From Balanoglossus misakiensis (Eukaryota; Animalia; Hemichordata), in the NCBI GenBank assembly GCA_040954595.2, contig CM082588.2, positions 2,330,144 to 2,394,143 of the forward strand: a DNA stretch of 64,000 nucleotides, given 5' to 3'. The position numbers were made by a program, and so were the translations under genes. Below the pieces are notes generated by a model. That model was not told the DNA's origin. It saw only the letters and a list, made by a program, of their open reading frames with translations, and did no database searches. Each line of letters starts with the position of its first letter. The stretch's first letter is position 1. Shown here in pieces: positions 14,901-26,900 of the stretch.

Positions 14901-17900
14901 AGGTCTGTACGGCTGCTGGTCAACTCCTGCACATGAAGTAGCCGGCGGCGTGGTGCACAGCAAGGGTCCTCCAGATGTGGAACTCGCTCCTTTACCCTGT
15001 TTCTTTTTCCCTTTCCCGGTTTTCCCTTTTGGAAGAGACCCGCTACTATCCAAGGAGTTTGTACTACTGCAATCTTTGATGATCGAATCAATGTAATCAA
15101 TCTTCCCAATGCTCTCTGATATGTTCTCCTCGAAAGTCTCGGACGGTATTTTCTCAAAGCTTTCAATTTCTTTCATCATGCTGTCCTTGTCCAGATTGTA
15201 CATCACTTCCCTCAAGTCGCTCAGCAGCGAGTTTGTGTCCTCTTCCTCCCCTCTTCGGGGACTGGCACCGGTCTTGCGAGGACTCCTTGCACTCTTCGAC
15301 TTTCCTTTGGTGTTTTTGCCAGTGGTCTTTCCCTTCTTCTTGGTCAGAGGGACTCTGCTCTTGACTGTTGGCGACCACGCCCTTGGTGGTGACATTTCAC
15401 CGCTGTCCGAGTTGCAAGGTGAGTAGTACGCTAGAGTCCACATGGCGTCTATGAACGGAGCAGAACTGTCATCATTGTTATCTTCAAACATTGGCTCAGT
15501 TCTCTGAAGAGTGTTCCTTCGAGACTGCCTTCTGCTCAACCTTTTCGTCGCTGTACTCTTGATGATTCTCTTTCCACGCACGGAATCTTTGCTCTCCTTC
15601 TGAATGTCCTCCTTGTTCTTATTCACAACTGTGTCGCAATCGTCTGATTTCCCTTTTGCTGTGGTCGCATCAGACTTTAGTGCAGAGTGGCGCTTTTCAT
15701 TGGGTTCAGTTTTCTTTCCTTTGCGCCCCCTCTTCCTAACTGGCTCCCCCGTCAGCGATGAGTCACTACCTTCATCTGATTCACACCGATCTAAAACAGC
15801 CACCTGAGCTTTTATCTTCTCCGTTTCAGGAAACTTCCCGCGGTACTGCTTGACCAAGAGAGGCTTTTGTCGCCTTGGAAACACATCCTCATCAGCTTCC
15901 TCCTCATCTCTGCAAGGCTCAACTTTTTCAGAATCTTTCCCTTCAACATTTCCCTTCTCCGTACGCTTCTGGGAGGGTTTTCCTCGCCTGGGACTTTGTG
16001 GGGAACTTCTACTTGTCCTGCTGGTGTTCAATTCATCTTTTTTGTCAGACTTTGGCTCCACACGCCTCTTCTCTTTTTGGAATGCCCTTTCTATTCCATC
16101 CAGAAGTTTCTGGGTGACTTTGACTCTGGAGGAATTACTGACCCTGTTAACCAACACTCTCATTGACTTGTAACCTTTGAACTTGTTGATGATGATGTAA
16201 TGCACTGGCAATATTTCTTTCTTCCTCTTCCTCTGTCGCCCGGACGACCTGTCTGACTTTTCGGATTTTGCAGATGTGACGCTTGCGTCATCCTTTATCT
16301 CTGTGCCTGTGGGTTCATTATAGCTGATTCTTCTCCGTTTTGTTCTCAAAGTATACGGCTTACTTTCGGTCTTCGAGTCGCTTGTCTTCCGTCGGATTTT
16401 CCTCCGCGATCTGGTCATTCTAGTTTCTATCACGAAATCGTCGTCTTCTTCATCATCTTCATCTTCGTGATAATCAGTATCACTTTCTTCGTTCAACTCA
16501 CCACAGTCCATGCTGCTCTCACTAGTGATGGACAGCTTTCGTCGCAATGTGGATGCAATTGACACTTTGGAAGTGCTGCGTCTTCTCGTCACCCGCCTTA
16601 GTGGTATTTCCTCTTCCTCGCTGTTGTCGTCGTTATCCTCCCCCTGTTGGGAATCTCTTTTAACTTTGTCCTTGGGTTTGGTCCCTGCACAACTGGATGC
16701 CGTGGACACTCCAGCAATGGGTGGGCTGCAGTTTGTCGGCACGAATTTCTGATGATGGAATAGGCCCTGCTGCTGTGTCTGTGTCTGCATCAGTGGCACT
16801 GCAAGTGGTAGAGCGCTGTTGAGGGTGGGGATTCCCTGCTGCGATGCTTTCTGAGGGAAGTCAGCGTTCAGCTGCCTCCTCCGACTCAACTTGGCTCGCT
16901 TCTGTTGCATTCGTCGGCTCGGCTGGTGGGGGTTCTTGTTGATCGGTGGTTTGCTGGCCACGGCTGGTGCCAGGTCTAAGGACGGAATTGTCCTGGTCAT
17001 CTTGGAAGCTGACCGACGGATATTCGAAAGCATCGACTCCAAGGATAGCATGTCATCCTTGGTCGGTGTCGACAGGAAGTAATTGGGCGTGGGAGTTGCC
17101 ATGGAAACTGACTGGAATGTTGACGAAGATGGACAGCTACTCTGTCTCTTAAGTTCACTATTTGAGGTAGTTGGTTGAGAGTTTTTCAAAGGTGATTCAA
17201 CCTCCATGGTCTCACTGCTGTTCATCACAGTCTGTGTATCATTACACAAGTTCAAAGCAACACTATTCCCAGTCCTTTCCACTGATTCCATTACATGGTA
17301 CTCTTTGACCGGAGACGCGTTTCCGGGAACGTCGTTCAGCATGTCCATGTTTTCACACTTTTCCACTTCGTTGTGTATGGCGTTATCCTCTTTTGGTGGT
17401 CCTTCCATGCCCTCTGCTGATTCCTGCTTTGGTTTGTGGACAATCCGCCTTGTCAATCCCAAAGTTTTTCTAGCAGGAACTGCTGTGTTATCTGAAATGA
17501 CAAGTTTTGAACATTTGATGTCCCTCCAAGTGAAATTCTATACACAGTAATTCCAAAAGAAAAATAAATAATCTCCTGACATCCCTAACCCTATTTTTGA
17601 AAAGAATGTTTTAGCATCACACAATTTTTTTACTTGGCTCATTTGGATATGAATTCGAACTCTGGTGCTACTAGGGCAGTCACCCCCTGACCACCCTGCA
17701 GTTAGGACAAAGGTTAATGCAAGGGTTAGGTCTGGCAGGGAAATGTCCAGGGGGCTACTGTCTTAAAACCAGATATAAATGCACACACAGCCAATGGAAA
17801 AACTCTTACCTGGCTTATCATCAGCACCTCCATCAACCTGTGGAATCACATCTTCCCAGTGAGAACTACTCCAAGACAGGTCCATTCCTTCCAGGTCATA

Positions 17901-20900
17901 CTCCTTATCACTTCTAAAGAAACAAACAAGACAAAAATTTGGGTTCAGAAAACAGTTTTCATGGAAGTATGTATGTGAAACAGCTGAAAGACCCTGTCTA
18001 CGGTTGCTAAGGAACATAACATTGAACACTTACTCTTCTTTTTCCCTGTCAGATTCCAAATCTTGTTTCCTAGCAACAGGACTGCCATCTGCTTCCTCCA
18101 CTTCATCCTCATCAATCCACGCCTGTGACATCACAGCATCTTCCGCCTCGTCATCATCTTCACATTCCTTCACCTGGATGTTTTCCGGGACATCTTCGCT
18201 GTCCCCTGACCGCTGACTGAGTCCGGATAGAATACTCCTCTCTGTTGCACCCTCATTGGCCAGCTCTTCCAAGATGTCTATTAGCTCTTGATCTTGACTA
18301 TCTGTTTTCAACACATACAAAATATGGAGACTTTACATTGTTGTACTGGATGACACAGCAAAGATTAGTGCTGCAGCAATACACAGCCATGTTTGAATGA
18401 GACTCAATGCATAGAACTCCACTGAAGAGAGAAACAGTCAAATGCTGACAAAGCCACCAAAAAGACTACATCTAAACATCTCTCACCTAGCAATGGCCCC
18501 TTTGGTGTTGATTTCCCCGACACCGGCGTAGACATCTGGGACAGTCGGAAACTCTGACTGACTTCCAAGACATTCTGCACTGCTTCTTCATCCACCACTG
18601 GTTCATCTTCACTCTCTTCATCCATTTCTTTGCCTGGCCAGGAAAACAAGGAAATTTGAACAATTCATGCAAATACACAGCTAAAGATTGACAGACCTGC
18701 ACCAGGATTTGTCTGCACCGGGTCTGTCACAAGCGTGCAGCATACCTGCCCTGTCAGGTATGCTGCATGTCTGACATGCAAGCCATGCACCAGACCTGAT
18801 CTGTCAGACCTGCCACAGGTCTGATCTGCCAGACCTGCACCAGGTCTGTCCTGCCCGACCTGCACCAGGTCTGTTCTGACAGACCTGCACCAGGTCTGTT
18901 CTGACAGACCTGCACCAGGTCTGTCCTGACAGCAATGCACCAGACCTGATCTGTCAGACCTGCACCAGGTCTGTCCTGCCCGACCTGCACCAGGTCTGTT
19001 CTGACAGACCTGCACCAGGTCTGTCCTGCCAGACCTGCACCAGGTCTGTTCTGACAGCAATGCACCAGACCTGATCTGTCAGACCTGCACCAGGTCTGTC
19101 CTGCCAGACCTGCCACAGGTCTGATCTGCCAGACCTGCACCAGGTCTGTCCTGCCCGACCTGCACCAGGTCTGTTCTGACAGACCTGCACCAGGTCTGTT
19201 CTGACAGACCTGCACCAGGTCTGTCCTGACAGCAATGCACCAGACCTGATCTGCCAGACCTGCACCAGGTCTGTCCTGCCCGACCTGCACCAGGTCTGTT
19301 CTGACAGACCTGCACCAGGTCTGTTCTGACAGACCTGCACCAGGTCTGTCCTGACAGCAATGCACCAGACCTGATCTGTCAGACCTGCACCAGGTCTGTC
19401 CTGCCAGACCTGCACCAGACCTGATCTGTCAGACCTGCACCAGGTCTGTCCTGCCCGACCTGCACCAGGTCTGTTCTGACAGACCTGCACCAGGTCTGTC
19501 CTGCCAGACCTGCACCAGGTCTGTCCTGACAGCAATGCACCAGACCTGATCTGTCAGACCTGCACCAGGTCTGTCCTGACAGCAATGCACCAGACCTGAT
19601 CTGTCAGACCTGCACCAGGTCTGTCCCGTCAGACCTGCACCAGGTCTGTTCTGACAGACCTGCACCAGGTCTGTCCTGCCAGACCTGCACCAGGTCTGTC
19701 CTGACAGCAATGCACCAGACCTGATCTGTCAGACCTGCACCAGGTCTGTCCTGACAGCAATGCACCAGACCTGATCTGCCAGACCTGCACCAGGTCTGTC
19801 CTGCCCGACCTGCACCAGGTCTGTTCTGACAGACCTGCACCAGGTCTGTCCTGCCAGACCTGCACCAGGTCTGTTCTGACAGACCTGCACCAGGTCTGTC
19901 CTGACAGCAATGCACCAGACCTGATCTGTCAGACCTGCACCAGGTCTGTCCTGCCAGACCTGCACCAGGTCTGTTCTGACAGACCTGCACCAGGTCTGTC
20001 CTGACAGCAATGCACCAGACCTGATCTGCCAGACCTGCACCAGGTCTGTCCTGCCCGACCTGCACCAGGTCTGTTCTGACAGACCTGCACCAGGTCTGTT
20101 CTGACAGCAATGCACCAGACCTGATCTGCCAGACCTGCACCAGGTCTGTCCTGCCAGACCTGCACCAGGTCTGTTCTGACAGACCTGCACCAGGTCTGTT
20201 CTGACAGACCTGCACCAGACCTGATCTGTCAGACCTGCACCAGGTCTGTCCTGCCCGACCTGCACCAGGTCTGTTCTGACAGACCTGCACCAGGTCTGTT
20301 CTGACAGCAATGCACCAGACCTGATCTGCCAGACCTGCACCAGGTCTGTCCTGCCCGACCTGCACCAGGTCTGTTCTGACAGACCTGCACCAGGTCTGTC
20401 CTGACAGCAATGCACCAGACCTGATCTGCCAGACCTGCACCAGGTCTGTCCTGCCAGACCTGCACCAGGTCTGTTCTGACAGACCTGCACCAGGTCTGTC
20501 CTGACAGCAATGCACCAGACCTGATCTGTCAGACCTGCACCAGGTCTGTCCTGCCCGACCTGCACCAGGTCTGTTCTGACAGACCTGCACCAGGTCTGTT
20601 CTGACAGACCTGCACCAGGTCTGTCCTGACAGCAATGCACCAGACCTGATCTGTCAGACCTGCACCAGGTCTGTCCCGTCAGACCTGCACCAGGTCTGTT
20701 CTGACAGACCTGCACCAGGTCTGTTCTGACAGCAATGCACCAGACCTGATCTGTCAGACCTGCACCAGGTCTGTCCCGTCAGACCTGCACCAGGTCTGTT
20801 CTGACAGCAATGCACCAGACCTGATCTGTCAGACCTGCACCAGGTCTGTCCTGCCAGACCTGCACCAGGTCTGTCCTGACAGACCTGCACCAGGTCTGTC

Positions 20901-23900
20901 CTGACAGCAATGCACCAGGTCTGTCCTGCCAGACCTGCACCAGGTCTGTCCTGACAGCAATGCACCAGACCTGATCTGTCAGACCTGCACCAGGTCTGTC
21001 CCGTCAGACCTGCACCAGGTCTGTTCTGACAGACCTGCACCAGGTCTGTCCTGCCAGACCTGCACCAGGTCTGTTCTGACAGACCTGCACCAGGTCTGTC
21101 CTGACAGCAATGCACCAGACCTGATCTGCCAGACCTGCACCAGGTCTGTCCTGCCAGACCTGCACCAGGTCTGTTCTGACAGACCTGCACCAGGTCTGTC
21201 CTGACAGACCTGCACCAGGTCTGTCCTGCCAGACCTGCACCAGGTCTGTCCTGACAGCAATGCACCAGACCTGATCTGCCAGACCTGCACCAGGTCTGTC
21301 CTGCCAGACCTGCACCAGGTCTGTTCTGACAGACCTGCACCAGGTCTGTTCTGACAGCAATGCACCAGACCTGATCTGTCAGACCTGCACCAGGTCTGTC
21401 CCGTCAGACCTGCACCAGGTCTGTTCTGACAGCAATGCACCAGACCTGATCTGTCAGACCTGCACCAGGTCTGTCCTGCCAGACCTGCACCAGGTCTGTT
21501 CTGACAGACCTGCACCAGGTCTGTTCTGACAGCAATGCACCAGACCTGATCTGTCAGGCCTGCACCAGGTCTGTCCCGTCAGACCTGCACCAGGTCTGTT
21601 CTGACAGCAATGCACCAGACCTGATCTGTCAGACCTGCACCAGGTCTGTCCTGCCAGACCTGCACCAGGTCTGTTCTGACAGACCTGCACCAGGTCTGTC
21701 CTGACAGCAATGCACCAGACCTGATCTGCCAGACCTGCACCAGGTCTGTCCTGCCCGACCTGCACCAGGTCTGTTCTGACAGACCTGCACCAGGTCTGTT
21801 CTGCCAGACCTGCACCAGGTCTGTCCTGCCAGACCTGCACCAGGTCTGTTCTGACAGACCTGCACCAGGTCTGTTCTGACAGACCTGCACCAGGTCTGTC
21901 CTGACAGCAATGCACCAGACCTGATCTGTCAGACCTGCACCAGGTCTGTCCTGCCAGACCTGCACCAGGTCTGTTCTGACAGACCTGCACCAGGTCTGTC
22001 CTGACAGCAATGCACCAGACCTGATCTGTCAGACCTGCACCAGGTCTGTCCCGTCAGACCTGCACCAGACATGTCCCATCAGACCTGCAGCAGGTCTATC
22101 CTGTGAGACCTGCAGCAGGCCTGTCACGTCAGACATGCAGCAGGCATATCCCGCCAGACCTGCAGCAGACATGTCCTGTCAGACCTGCAACATGTCTAAT
22201 TGAACACACCTGTGTCAGTTTTCTTATTTTTATTTTTGGAAGGAGGTCGCGATCGATGCTTCTTGTACCATGGTGGTGGTACGGTACTTGACAAGGGGAG
22301 AACCATTGTATTTTTGGGGATGGATAAAGGAATTTTTTGTGGGGGGCAGTGTTGACAGATGGTGCAGAGGAAATATTCTTCCGCAATGTCTTGAGGTAAT
22401 AAAGTAGAAGGGCAATCGAAAAAAAAAATGGCTGTAACAGTGGCTAAAAAAAATTTTGCTGACATATACCCAATCGTAAATCATCCTCCCTCCCCCCCAA
22501 ATCGAATGGTCCCCCCCCCCCCCGACCTGCACGCCCGAACGGTAAACACAATATATCCACACACACCGATGTATGAGAATACTGAACGGCGACATATTTT
22601 CCATCATATAGCAGACCGGAGAAGATTTTCTTTATTATTTTGGTGCAGGTCTGACAGGACAGGCCTGCTGCAGGTCTGATGGGACAGGCCTGCTGCAGGT
22701 CTGACGGGACAGGCCTGCTGCAGGTCTGACGGGACAGGCCTGCTGCAGGTCTGACAGGACAGACCTGGTGCAGGTCTGGCAGGACAGACCTGTGGCAGGT
22801 CTGTCAGGACAGACCTGGTGCATGTCTGATCCAGCAGACTGCTGCAGGTCTGGGGCCATATTGCTGCACATGACCTGTTGGTCAGACATGCACCGGACAT
22901 GCACCACACCTGGTGCAGACCTGGTGAACTTTAGTTGTGTATATATTTTTTCTAAATACAATGCAGTTTTCTTTCCAGTAGCAGATGCATGATGGTGCAG
23001 ATTTTACAATCCAGCAGAAATCACATAATCTCACTTTTACTCTGGGAATAGTGAAGTTCAACGAAGGAAGATGGAGTCCTGTTTAGTGAGCCCCCTGGTG
23101 ATGAAAGGGGTGAATCTTCTTGGTCATGTGATAACAATAGCGTGTCTTCTGATAGGCCAAAGCTGTCTTCATTTTCAACTCGGCTTTGACTGTAAGAGAA
23201 TATGTGAAAATCATTCAATCTGCTAAAATGTGTGCGTGTGTGTATGTATGAATGAATGAATGAATGAATGAATGAATGAATGAATGAATGAATGAATGAA
23301 TGATACTCACAGTAAGTTTTCATATCCCTCTATGATTGCATTGATTCTCTGCTGGTACACCTCTTCAGTGTCAGTCAGAGGACTTTCGTCACGCTCTGAA
23401 AAGCAAAGTTTTTTTTAAACAATTATATAACTAAGGGGATGAATTATGTTTTTTCATCACTTTTCTTTCAGTACAAGGAGCATTACACTGTCTCTTAACA
23501 AGCATAGCCGCAGCAATATTTCACTGAATTTTTCTTTTTTCTTCCCTCACCTGGTGATAAAGGTGGTGATATTTGAGAAGATTCACCCTGTTCCCGACGT
23601 CTCTGCTTCTCATCTTCCCACATTGCAACCAGACCCGGGTTGGTTCCGACATTACCTAGACAAAGAAATATGTAAGATTAGTCTCAGACGTAAATCAGCA
23701 GCCCCTTTAAAGGCAGTGCATAAGCTACCAGTATTTCCACTCGGCCATGATTAGACACAGCTGGATGATTGCTTTGTCTTCTCCAACGGCAGAAATACTA
23801 ATTAGAAGATGGCATGATCATCTCATTAGTTGGACTACTTGATGTAGACAAGAGCCAGTAGCATGGTAGAAGCATCTGCCTTCTATCCCCATATTTTTCA

Positions 23901-26900
23901 GATTGTATTGTAGTGTTCTTTGGCAGATGACAAGAAGATGTCTCTTACTCTCAATTTCTGATCTGTTCAGAATATCTGCAGCCACTGCATCAACTTCCAG
24001 TTCACAGACACTCTGCCTGGCAACTTCACCGTCCAGCAGCTGAGAGCTGAAATGACGAAAGAGTGTCAAGGATTTCTACTGTCAATCTTCCATGGTTTCT
24101 TTGTACTAGGTTACTCAAAATGTGAGAAAGTTCCAAGAATTTATCCAGTAGTTTTCCAGAAGTACCTTAAATGTTGCTGCTTACAAACTTATGACAGTTA
24201 CAGCTTCAATGTGATACATTATAGATCAAAAGTTATTTTCTGATGAGTGAAAACTGGGCTACAAATACTGCGCAGAATTTATTGATACCTTGGCAAATTT
24301 TCGGCGTCCCAATATTGTTGGCTGATGGAGTTGATAGATGAGTCGCTCGCTGCTGATCTCAAAGTTGGAGTTGTAGGGCTGTTCAACGTCTGGTTACTAT
24401 GACTACCCTGGCTACTGGTGTGATCCGGTTTGGCATCCTCTTTTGCTGTAATTACAAAATTACATCTGCTGCATTGGAAATGCATGATCTCTAATACATA
24501 GACACACAAAATAAAACATGAGATAAAGTTGTACAATGCATGCATGTTCCTTCACGGTGTGTTTAAATCATTTACGCCAGCTTACACCGACTTCTTCATC
24601 CTAAAGATTGGGAAATACACATACCATCATCTTCCTTTGGTCTTCTGAACTTGACAGCACCAAGATTGATCAAGTTCATACCATAGAGATTATAATCCAT
24701 GAAAACCTGCAGGCAGCAAAAAAAGTCTTTGTGGTAAATGTCTAGTTCAGCATCAAGTTCTGCAATTTTTCCATTCTCACATGCCACAACTCCATGCAAA
24801 TGAATGGGATATCGCGTATTCAAGACATCATTGGAAATAGCCAATCACTGATTGCTTCACAAAGTGATTACAGTACAGTATATGTTCAAAAGTCTGATTG
24901 GTCCAAAACACTGACCTGCAATAAGTATGGCACATGTGCTTCGTAAGGTTGAAAGACTTTATTCATGACAGCACCACCATGAAGCAGATCCACAGCTCTG
25001 TAGAAGAGAAAATAGAAGTGAAATCTTTGGAAAATTCAGTGTACATTCATAGAAGTGGAGACATCGTAAAATAAATCTGTATATCAGTATGATGCTATAC
25101 TCGTCATTTAAAGAAAACCAAAACTTTGTATTTTCATTAATTTTGCCTCAGTAACAGTGACCTAGTAATGCAAATCCTTCGTTATCAGCTTCAAACTGTT
25201 CCCTACTCCACTGGGACTGCCAGTGGCAATAACCTTGACATTCAAATACTCACTTTTTCACCATAAGAGGATTGTAGAAATAGATCTTCATAAAATCTTG
25301 CTCCCTTGTGTGGTAACCATAGTATGGTCTGAGGAGAGAGAGAGAGAGAGAAAGAATAAAAATGTAATTTCTTGGTGAATAACTTCATTTTTATAATACA
25401 GATAATGAGTCCTTGTAAGTTTAAAATTTAGCGATGAATTTTTCAGGCTCGGTGAACAGGGCCGGGTATGGTTTGCAAATCCAGGACACACGTTAAGATT
25501 CCAGGCTAATCCATGCCCGTGTGTAGATTATCGAACGAATGCGAAAGTATGCTGGTACTTTCCTGAAGGCCACATGAATTTTCCATTTTATGGTGTGCTC
25601 CTGCATGTGCTGCTAATGTCGTCATAATTATAAGACAACGGTAAAATGATGGTTCGTTCAAAGTTCACAGATGTCTCATAAATACTCAAGAATGGCTTAT
25701 GAAATCAGGTCGACAATTTGAAATCTGTCAATCAAGGATTGTCCAATAATTAGCACGATAAGGAGAACCTGGAAATTCTCCATCTTTATTGCAGTCTGGT
25801 ACAGTGTTTTTTTCTCATTTCTGTCTGCATTTGTAATTGATACCCCGTGGTTATATTTCATCTGGATATTCTTGGGGTTCCCTGTGCTGTCTCTCAATTG
25901 TAGATCTCAATTGTACGTTTCAGCTACGCTTTGATGACAGGAGGAATAGTCACTGCCTCCCACATACTGCAAGCGCTCAAATTTCTCGCTGCAATGCATT
26001 CGTAATTCAACCAAATCCGACTTCACTTGAACCGGCTTTTCATCTCATGAAAATTTCATGCGTTCACCAACTCTGGGTAAGAAATTCAGCTGCACTGGGA
26101 ATAGAGTTTCCACAGCCAAAGAGAATTATGCACACCATTTGAACAAGTTCACACAGTGTACTATCAGAGACACTTGTGTGGCAAATCTGTCGAGATTTCA
26201 AACGGCACCACATTTCACAGGATGTAAATGCAGGATCTTTTTTATCTCCCCCCTAGAGTCTATACACAAATATGAAATTCCAGTCATTTTCCATGTCCAG
26301 ATGGGACATTCCACTGGGAAAAGGGGTAGAATAGGCTTATGCAAACAGAAGTCAACACAATCTTATAATAATATTGTTCACACATCATCCATCTTGGACC
26401 TGTACATGACTGAAAATAATCCTCTCTTGCAGATTAAGAACACGTCCATTTCATTCAAACGAAAAAAATTGTCCCTGTGGTAAATTTTTAATATAACCAA
26501 ATTCTCCTTTGACCTGGAGCTGTTCAGCGTACATTTTAGTGGATCCGTGTGTTGTAAATCTGTATCCATCCGGTGGCTACATTAATCTAAGTCAGACACA
26601 GTCCCTCTGCCAAACTTGTTATTTCCGTTAGCAAGAGGATGATGCCCCAGAAACATTTCACCCGGGTGAAATAAAATACGAGAGCAAAGCTGTCTTCTGA
26701 CACAGAACAATATATCAAGTCAGAGACTTGTTTTCTTTGTAGTCCTGATATAATATCAGCTGAGCTCGTAGTGACTCTGTATTGAATTTATCAAGTGCGT
26801 GTGATGCTAAGATCCAACTCTTTATTTCACATGTATGTGAAACACATTACACAAAATATGAAAAAGGCTGGAAATAAGAGGAATTTAAAAATAAACTAAT

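Larger units (their letters stand above)
18676..22939. mobile_element. Non-autonomous CMC/EnSpm-like (foldback-type) DNA transposon in REV3L intron 10
   Basis: Ends are TA|CACAGCTAAAG and CTTTAGTTGTG|TA (10/11 inverted match, TA duplication). Both arms are built of the same repeat in opposite orientation (about 18690-22195 forward, 22640-22925 reverse). No transposase. Confidence 0.8.

Noticed and set aside
11807-17550. Plus-strand ORFs overlapping REV3L exons 14-15 (likewise those opposite SOBP)
   Set aside because: Antisense shadows of long coding exons.
18665-22010. Many long minus-strand ORFs (QTWCRSGRTDLVQV... repeats, up to 343 aa)
   Set aside because: Artefacts of a stop-poor 25-bp repeat cycling through three frames inside an intron.
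18782-22070. CRISPR-like look of palindromic 25-bp repeats
   Set aside because: No unique spacers and no cas genes, in a eukaryotic intron. The same applies to the 88-bp and CGAAGGA arrays.
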